Positions 29,336 through 36,472 of a stretch of DNA of 64,000 bases are shown here, piece by piece (within the stretch, counting starts at the first letter, position 1; each line of letters opens with the position of its first letter). Below the pieces are notes generated by a model. The model was not told the origin of the DNA. It was given only the letters and a program-made list of their open reading frames with translations, and did no database searches. The position numbers were made by a program, and so were the translations under genes. Source of the stretch: Lachnospiraceae bacterium (GTDB lineage: Bacteria > Bacillota > Clostridia > Lachnospirales > Lachnospiraceae); assembly GCA_035271185.1 (NCBI GenBank), contig DATERV010000174.1:7707-71706 (forward strand), given 5' to 3'.

Positions 29336-30286
29336 ATGAAGGCACGTTTTCACTTGCCGGGGCTTAGATATAATTACCCCCTAAATATGATGTTTTTGAA
29401 TATGTTAAATAAAATGCCGGAATATTTCAGGGAGGATATAGAGATTGCATCCTTTTTTGGAGAATTTCCTACCTCTTATTGGAATGGGGGCAGATATACG
29501 AACGGAGATCAGTGTGATGCTAGATTTGTTCAAGAAGTGGTAAAAAATATCAATGCACAAGGAGTTCCCGTCCGATATACGTTTACCAATCCACTGATTA
29601 CAGAGATTGATCTAGATGATCCTTATTGCAATTTCTGCATGAAGACAGCAGATAATGGGATGAATGAAGTATTGGTGTTTTCCCCTATTTTGGAGGAATA
29701 CATCCGAAAAAATTACCCAAGTTATAAAATAAATAGCTCTACCTGTAAAGAAATTAAGGATATGAAGGTATTAGAGGAGGAACTCGAGAAGGATTACAGC
29801 CTTGTGGTTCTAGATTATAATTTAAATAACCAGTTTGATTTATTATCCCAGATAAAACAGAAGGAGAAATGTGAGATTTTGGTTAATGCATGCTGTGTAC
29901 CTAACTGCTCCAGAAGAGCGGAGCATTACCAGATGATTGCAAATCAACAGAGAATTACTTTGAAAAACAGAAAGTGCCCGGCGGATAAACAGATACCTGT
30001 TCCGGGCTGGCATTGTGAATATGGAGAGAAAAATTCCATTTATACCATACAGGAATATTCTACCTTTATTTCTCCTGACGCAATATGGGAAAAATATATT
30101 CCCATGGGTTTCAACAACTTCAAGATTGAAGGCAGAACAGCAAATTTGTTTCAGCTGATTGATACCTACTGCTTCTATTTTATGAAACCGGAACGTAAAG
30201 AGGAAGGAAGGCTTCTATTAATAACAAACTTGGAGAAAAGCAAGGTGATTACAGTTAGTAAACCCAGAAAGGGCCTTTGGCCTTAA
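29336..30286 (+). CDS. Cys-rich hypothetical protein, possibly a distant peptidase-U32-like TIM-barrel/Fe-S protein
   Basis: 316 aa. FKIEGR motif near the C-terminus, resembling the KIEGR of the U32 family. Clustered cysteines (NACCVPNC, KCPADK, WHCEYG). The assignment is weak and by eye only. Confidence 0.6.
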   Translation: MKARFHLPGLRYNYPLNMMFLNMLNKMPEYFREDIEIASFFGEFPTSYWNGGRYTNGDQCDARFVQEVVKNINAQGVPVRYTFTNPLITEIDLDDPYCNFCMKTADNGMNEVLVFSPILEEYIRKNYPSYKINSSTCKEIKDMKVLEEELEKDYSLVVLDYNLNNQFDLLSQIKQKEKCEILVNACCVPNCSRRAEHYQMIANQQRITLKNRKCPADKQIPVPGWHCEYGEKNSIYTIQEYSTFISPDAIWEKYIPMGFNNFKIEGRTANLFQLIDTYCFYFMKPERKEEGRLLLITNLEKSKVITVSKPRKGLWP

Positions 30287-30314
30287 TGGATGCGTAGGAG
30301 AAGGAGGTATTCAT

Positions 30315-32042
30315 ATGAGTGGACCGGTTGCGCCCAAGGATCCCGAAAAGAAACGCAAGGGATTCTACATAATGAGAAGTAAAGAGATAGCAGGTTCTCC
30401 AATACCGGATGGCAGTGGTACACAGTTTATCTATCTCGACTCCGGAAGAATGATCAACAGTGCCAGAATAATCGGAAATATTGAGAATGAGGAAATTCTC
30501 AAGCTGTTAACCACAACAGAGGGGTTTCGGAAGCTAGTATACAGTATTGGTGTTACGATAGAAGCTGATCACACAGAACAAGTTGTGAACTTTGTCATGC
30601 AAATGTACGGCCGAAAGGATGTTTATGGGTCTGGTACGCAGCTGACTATGCCGGTAAAAGCAGACGGTATGGAATATAGAATTAAGCTATGTGAGTGTGA
30701 CTGGTCTGATGATGACCATATACCGGGTCAGATTCGGTTTGAATTTGGTAAAGCAGAGGAATTAGCAAAGGTTTCCGTAAAGTTCTATGTAAATGATGGA
30801 TTTGAGGTACCGGATGAAATAGAAGAAGTACCTGTGGATCTGACTTCTCCTATCTATTCGGAGTTACTAAAGAAATCCCTGGTCCAGTGTGGGAATAATG
30901 CCAGATTAAAGAAAGCTTTTTTAAAAGCAAAAAATGGGGAGGATATGACAATCGCATTTATTGGCGGTTCCATTACCCAAGGCGCAGGAGCCATTCCCAT
31001 CAATACCCAGTGCTATGCTTACAAGACATTTATAGGCTTATGTAAGATGGCAGGAAAGGGTACTGAGGAAAGTATACATTATGTAAAGGCCGGAGTCGGA
31101 GGTACCCCCTCTGAATTAGGAATGCTTCGCTATGACAGAGATGTTCTGTGTGAAGGTACTGTCAAACCAGATATTGTTGTGGTGGAATTTGCAGTCAATG
31201 ACGAAGGAGATGAAACCAAGGGTGAATGTTATGATTCCCTGGTTCGCAGGATCCTGAGTGCAGAGAATAAACCGGCTGTAGTGCTTTTGTTTGCAGTATT
31301 TTCAGACGATTACAATTTACAGGAGAGACTTTCTGTGGTAGGAGAGGCTTATGACCTTCCGATGGTCAGTACCAGAGATACAGTAGTAGAACAGTTCTAT
31401 AAAAAGCCGGGTGAAGGTAGAATCGTATCTAAGAGTCAATTCTTCTATGACTGTTTCCATCCTACCAACATAGGTCATACCATAATGGCTGACGGCATTC
31501 TGCATCTCTTTCAGGTGGCTCTAGAAAAACCGGCTGATGAAGATCATCTTCAAATTGAGAAGATACCCGCACCTAAGGGTGGGGAATTCACCCATGTAAA
31601 AATGTTTGACAAAAAGATACTGAAAGAGCAGTCTGTTGCCTGTGTACATTCCTTACAATGTGGCAGCTTCAAAGCATGTGATACAGAACTGCAGGGAGTG
31701 GAAAGAAATCTGGATTTGAAGCATACCATGCAATTTCCATATAACTGGATGCATCAGGGAGGCGAAGGTAAAGGAAATGAGCCCTTTTGCATGGATATCG
31801 AATGCAGTGCACTTTTGATTATTTACAAAGATTCTGCAGCAAATCAGGTTGGTTGTGCTGAGGTATTGGTGGATGGGGAGAAAGTACTCACAATAGACCC
31901 TCATCTGATTGGTTGGACCCATTGCAATCCGCTTATTTGTTTTAGAGGAAGAGAAAAGAAGAACTATCATGTGGAAGTACGAATGAAGTCAGGTGATGAA
32001 GAAAAGGACTTTACTATATTAGGTTGGGGTTATATAGACTAA
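30315..32042 (+). CDS. SGNH/GDSL-type esterase (probable acetyl-xylo-oligosaccharide esterase) with flanking beta-sandwich-like domains
   Basis: SGNH blocks FIGGSITQG (I), GVGG (II), FAVNDEG (III), DCFHPT (V). GAAGGAGG SD. No signal peptide. Xylan-locus context. Confidence 0.8.
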   Translation: MSGPVAPKDPEKKRKGFYIMRSKEIAGSPIPDGSGTQFIYLDSGRMINSARIIGNIENEEILKLLTTTEGFRKLVYSIGVTIEADHTEQVVNFVMQMYGRKDVYGSGTQLTMPVKADGMEYRIKLCECDWSDDDHIPGQIRFEFGKAEELAKVSVKFYVNDGFEVPDEIEEVPVDLTSPIYSELLKKSLVQCGNNARLKKAFLKAKNGEDMTIAFIGGSITQGAGAIPINTQCYAYKTFIGLCKMAGKGTEESIHYVKAGVGGTPSELGMLRYDRDVLCEGTVKPDIVVVEFAVNDEGDETKGECYDSLVRRILSAENKPAVVLLFAVFSDDYNLQERLSVVGEAYDLPMVSTRDTVVEQFYKKPGEGRIVSKSQFFYDCFHPTNIGHTIMADGILHLFQVALEKPADEDHLQIEKIPAPKGGEFTHVKMFDKKILKEQSVACVHSLQCGSFKACDTELQGVERNLDLKHTMQFPYNWMHQGGEGKGNEPFCMDIECSALLIIYKDSAANQVGCAEVLVDGEKVLTIDPHLIGWTHCNPLICFRGREKKNYHVEVRMKSGDEEKDFTILGWGYID

Positions 32043-32064
32043 TCCGCAAAGATAGGAGAAAGGT

Positions 32065-33285
32065 ATGAAAATGAATCAGTTATTTGGTGGATGGCTCTTT
32101 TTGATTGGTACTGCAGCTCTGTTAGCCGGCTGTTCAAATGACAAAGTAGAGCAGACAGAAGAGAAGCAAACGGCGAGTAAAGTGACCACTGAATCGAGTA
32201 CTGAAATGGTGGAAGATTCCACTGCCGAAACAGAGATTAGTATGACGGTTGATCAAGGCCTATATGAATTGTATCAGAGTAATTATCCTATCGGGATAGC
32301 TCTTCCGAATACGGTATTTCAAAATATTGTTATGTTCGAAGATGTAATAGTTAAAAATTTTAACAGTATTACCTGTGAAAATGAAATGAAGCCTGACTTT
32401 GTGCTAGACCAGACTGTCAGCATGAATAATCTGGAAAAGACTTATCTGCGTGCAGCAGTAAGCTTTCAGAATTGTCAGCCAGCCATAGATTTTGCCTTAG
32501 AACATAATATGAAAATCAGGCTTCATACTCTGGTATGGCATAGCCAGACACCTGCCTGGTTCTTCACAGAAGACTATACAAAGGATGGAACATTGGTCAG
32601 CCGTGATGTGATGCTTGCCCGAATGGAGAATTACATAGCAGATGTACTGGGGTATTTTAATGAAAATTATCCAGGCCTTATCTATGCGGTGGATGTGGTA
32701 AATGAAGCATTTGATATAGGCAACGGAGACGAAAATGGAGTTCGTAATGTAAATAACCGCTGGTATGAAACAGTAGGAGATGATTATTATTATCAGGCTT
32801 TTGTTTTTGCCAGAAAATATGCATCAGAGGATATGAAACTCTTTTATAATGACTATGGATGTGTGGATAAGGTGAATCTTATCTTGGGGCATCTTCAAAA
32901 AGCAAAGGATGAAGGCCTCATCGATGGAATCGGGATGCAATCACATCTAAGTGTGAATGATAATATTTACATTAAGTTTGTAAATGCTGCCAAGGCTTTT
33001 TGTGATGCAGGTTATGAGGTACAGTCAACAGAATTGGATATTGGTGTGACGGAGAATACAGATTCCGCTTTTATGACACAGGGAAGAAAATATCGTTCTT
33101 TCTTCAAAAGTATGAAAAACCTGCAGGAAGAGGGATATGCCATCACCGGAATAACTGTGTGGGGGCTAAACGATACATTATCCTGGCGAACAGGTGAATA
33201 TGCCTTACTGTTTGATCAGGAGATGAATCCCAAGAAGGCGTATTTAGGTGCTATGATGGATCCTTCCATACCAGATGTGGAATAA
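32065..33285 (+). CDS. GH10 endo-1,4-beta-xylanase, lipoprotein
   Basis: Lipobox LLAGC. GH10 motifs ITCENEMKP, HTLVWH, VVNEAF (acid/base), TELDI (nucleophile). Confidence 0.93.
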   Translation: MKMNQLFGGWLFLIGTAALLAGCSNDKVEQTEEKQTASKVTTESSTEMVEDSTAETEISMTVDQGLYELYQSNYPIGIALPNTVFQNIVMFEDVIVKNFNSITCENEMKPDFVLDQTVSMNNLEKTYLRAAVSFQNCQPAIDFALEHNMKIRLHTLVWHSQTPAWFFTEDYTKDGTLVSRDVMLARMENYIADVLGYFNENYPGLIYAVDVVNEAFDIGNGDENGVRNVNNRWYETVGDDYYYQAFVFARKYASEDMKLFYNDYGCVDKVNLILGHLQKAKDEGLIDGIGMQSHLSVNDNIYIKFVNAAKAFCDAGYEVQSTELDIGVTENTDSAFMTQGRKYRSFFKSMKNLQEEGYAITGITVWGLNDTLSWRTGEYALLFDQEMNPKKAYLGAMMDPSIPDVE

Positions 33286-33305
33286 CTTAAAAACAGGAGC
33301 AGAAT

Positions 33306-34412
33306 ATGTGGATGAAATGTAAAGGGAAAAAATGGATGGCTTTACTATTGTGTATCATAACTGCAACCGGCTTGACCGGTTGTGGCAGTGAAGCACAGGA
33401 GGAAGATTATCTGATTGTGGAACAGCAAGAAGAACCAATTACCTACACCCTTGGTACAGTTACAATGGGAGATGTAGAAAAGACATTGCGAATAAGTTGT
33501 GTATATCAGCAATTACATGATGAGGAGGTCTGTTTTCAAGTAAGTGGGAAAAAGATATCCAAGGTATATGTGAAAGAAGGGGATATTGTAAAGAAAGGGC
33601 AGCTACTGGCTGAGCTTTCCGGTGGGAGCCTTCAGGATGAAATCAACAGACTGGAATACCAGATTACTCGAAACAACATTCTGCTGGAACAGACTCTGGC
33701 AGATAAAAAAAATGAGATTGATTTACAGAATCAGTATTTTGAGTTATGGACAAAACAGAGCTGGGATGATGTAGTAAATCTGCGTGATGCCCTGTCACAG
33801 ATTGAGAAGAATTATGCTTACGCCATTGAAGATTACCAGGATGCTATAGCATTGGACCAGAAGCAGATTCAAAGCTTGAAATCTGAAGCTGCGCAAAGTA
33901 ATTTGTATGCAGGTATGTCAGGTACAATATCCTATATCATGGATAATCTGGAAGGCAGTACCTGTGCCAAGGATAAAGTGGTGATGAAGATCATAGACAG
34001 TACAGAATGTCTGTTTGCAGTAGATGAGCCGGAATATACCTCCTATTTCACTGAGGGAACAGGTGTCGATCTTAATATCAATACCGGAACAGCTTCCGGC
34101 AACTATATTGTATATCCGTATCAGATTAAAAACTGGACAGATACCTTATTATTTAGTCTTTCTGATGAAGGTGATATCCCTACCATTGAGGTAGGAACCA
34201 CGGGTATGTTGCGTATGGTCTTAGAACAGAAAACCCAGGTACTTACGGTACCGATTTCTGCTGTACATAATGCTGACGGGAAAGCTTATGTGTATGTTCT
34301 GGGAGAGAATAATCTCAGGGAAGTACAGTGGATTACTGCTGGACTTTATGGAGATGATACGGTGGAAGTAATAGATGGACTTTCAGAAGGGGATACGGTA
34401 ATAACGCGATGA
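33306..34412 (+). CDS. Membrane-fusion-protein (HlyD/MacA-like periplasmic adaptor) lipoprotein, single unit
   Basis: Lipobox LTGC. Lipoyl-like half motifs (VKEGDIVKKGQLLAEL / AGMSGTISYI) around a coiled-coil. C-terminal LTVPISAVHNADGKAYVYVL...VEVIDGLSEGDTVI. Confidence 0.8.
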   Translation: MWMKCKGKKWMALLLCIITATGLTGCGSEAQEEDYLIVEQQEEPITYTLGTVTMGDVEKTLRISCVYQQLHDEEVCFQVSGKKISKVYVKEGDIVKKGQLLAELSGGSLQDEINRLEYQITRNNILLEQTLADKKNEIDLQNQYFELWTKQSWDDVVNLRDALSQIEKNYAYAIEDYQDAIALDQKQIQSLKSEAAQSNLYAGMSGTISYIMDNLEGSTCAKDKVVMKIIDSTECLFAVDEPEYTSYFTEGTGVDLNINTGTASGNYIVYPYQIKNWTDTLLFSLSDEGDIPTIEVGTTGMLRMVLEQKTQVLTVPISAVHNADGKAYVYVLGENNLREVQWITAGLYGDDTVEVIDGLSEGDTVITR

Positions 34413-36472
34413 ATAAATGTTTAAGAATATGTGTGATCGGTCTTCTTTGTGGCAGTCTTGCCTTTAGTGGTTGTGGCAAAAGTCAGACCGACGAAGAAAC
34501 GGTTACATTAATTGATCCGATCAGTGCAGTTACCAATGCAGAAGCTGCAGAATATCGAAATATATATAATGCCAAGACATACTCTACCAGTGTATATCCT
34601 CAAACAAAAGAATATACATTTGAAGAGGCATCCATGTTTACAGGTTTTGGTGCGTATCCAGGTGGTAAAGTGAATACAGGAGATGTTCTTGCTTATACAG
34701 ATACCGGTAATATTGAAGACCAGATAGAGGATATGGAAGAAAAACTGGTGAAATTGCAAAAACAATTTCAGGAATATACCCATGATATGGATAAAAAACT
34801 GAAAACCATTGATGCCAAACTGAAAGAGTGTAATAGACTTGGGGGAACCTATCTGCTAAATTTTGAAAGAGAGACCCTACAGCGGAAAGGTCTTAAGGCC
34901 GACCTGGATTATCAAACCCAGATTTATCAACTGGATTATACTTATTATGAAAACCTGCTTAAGGAATTAAGTGAGAAGAAGAATAAATATGAGGTGATAG
35001 CAACTGCGCAGGGAGAAGTTGTGGCTATCCAGAACTACTCGTACGGAGATCAGGTGAATGATGAAACCATGATCATGGCTGTTGGTGACTTGAGCCAGAA
35101 GGAACTGAAGTGTAATTACATAAACAAGGGTACCATTTCCAAAGCAGTGGATGTATATGCCATATTTGATGGAGTACGGTATGAAATTGATTACCAGCCA
35201 ATGGATACGGAAGAGTATACAAAATTGTCCAAGCAGGGTGCCACAATATATTCCACCTTTCTTCTGAATGAGGATGCTGCGGATATTAGTGTAGGAGATT
35301 TTGGAATAATTGTTGTGGTCACAGACGAGAGGGAGCATGCACTGTCTGTTTCTAGCTCAGCTGTTCATAGAGATGCCACAGGTACCTTCGTATATGTGTT
35401 AAAAGATGGAGCCAGTGTAAACACACCCGTAACGACGGGATTATCAGACGGACAGTTTACCGAAATAATTTCTGGTATCACCAAAGAAGACAAAGTTCTT
35501 GTGGATGAGATTAGAACCTATGGAAAAAACACGACCACTATAGCTTACGGAACCTTCAGCAATAGTTTTGAAGGAGTGGGATATATGTATTACCCTGACA
35601 ACACCGCCGTACTGAATACGTCAGAGTATGGTACCATGTATCTGCAGGATATGAAGGTAGCTATGTATCAGCATGTGGAAAAAGGAGATGTCATTTGTAC
35701 TGTTCGTGTTATTCCAGACAGCATTGCCTTTGAGAGAGCCAAAACTGAGTTAATGAGGTTGAATGAACGAATACAGGATTTACAGGAAGATGTGGAAGAA
35801 GAGGAAACTGCGGATCAGAGAGAATCAAGGGAAAAGGCAATTGCAATAAAACAGGAAGAAATTCAAAAAGTACAGGAAAAGATTGCTGACATAGAGAAGG
35901 ATGCGTCAACGAAAGCTCTATATGCAGATAAGACCGGCATTGTGCTCTGGATAGATGATCTGGAGAAAGAATCCATTTTATCCAAGAATCAGATGGTTGT
36001 ACAGATTGCTAATGAAGATACCTGTTACGTGATTGTTGAGGATAAAAATCAGCTGCTTAACTATGGGAATGAAGTAACCATTACTTATTCAGACTTATCA
36101 GGTGAGGAAAGCACGACCCAGGGAATGGTTGCTAAAATGAATAACGCAGGTGTCAGTCAGAAGCTGCAAATGGACTGGACACTGATTCTGCTACCCAATG
36201 AAGTGATAGGAGATATGTCTGTAACAGTACAGGGAGGAGACGGATGGTGGAACAGAAGCATGTTTGATGTTGATGCTTCCATCCGTGAAATGCAGAATGT
36301 GTTGATTGTTCCTAAAAAAGCAGTTACGGAGATTGGTGGGCTAACCTATGTTGATGTCATAGATGAGGATGGAAATGTGGTAACCACCAGCTTTATAGCA
36401 GGTGGCTTTGATTCAGAAAACTATTGGGTAGTAGAAGGACTCACGGAAGGAATGAAAATATGCTTAAAGTAA
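34409..36472 (+). CDS. Tandem-duplicated membrane-fusion-protein-like lipoprotein (two MFP units in one chain)
   Basis: Lipobox FSGC. Unit 1 (~aa 45-366): GGKVNTGDVLAYTD, coiled-coil, ATAQGEVVAIQ, LSVSSSAVHRDATGTFVYVL...KEDKVLVD. Unit 2 (~aa 375-687): VEKGDVICTVR, acidic coiled-coil, ADKTGIVLWID, LIVPKKAVTEIGGLTYVDVI...LTEGMKICL. ATGA overlap with the upstream gene. Confidence 0.75.
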   Translation: MNKCLRICVIGLLCGSLAFSGCGKSQTDEETVTLIDPISAVTNAEAAEYRNIYNAKTYSTSVYPQTKEYTFEEASMFTGFGAYPGGKVNTGDVLAYTDTGNIEDQIEDMEEKLVKLQKQFQEYTHDMDKKLKTIDAKLKECNRLGGTYLLNFERETLQRKGLKADLDYQTQIYQLDYTYYENLLKELSEKKNKYEVIATAQGEVVAIQNYSYGDQVNDETMIMAVGDLSQKELKCNYINKGTISKAVDVYAIFDGVRYEIDYQPMDTEEYTKLSKQGATIYSTFLLNEDAADISVGDFGIIVVVTDEREHALSVSSSAVHRDATGTFVYVLKDGASVNTPVTTGLSDGQFTEIISGITKEDKVLVDEIRTYGKNTTTIAYGTFSNSFEGVGYMYYPDNTAVLNTSEYGTMYLQDMKVAMYQHVEKGDVICTVRVIPDSIAFERAKTELMRLNERIQDLQEDVEEEETADQRESREKAIAIKQEEIQKVQEKIADIEKDASTKALYADKTGIVLWIDDLEKESILSKNQMVVQIANEDTCYVIVEDKNQLLNYGNEVTITYSDLSGEESTTQGMVAKMNNAGVSQKLQMDWTLILLPNEVIGDMSVTVQGGDGWWNRSMFDVDASIREMQNVLIVPKKAVTEIGGLTYVDVIDEDGNVVTTSFIAGGFDSENYWVVEGLTEGMKICLK

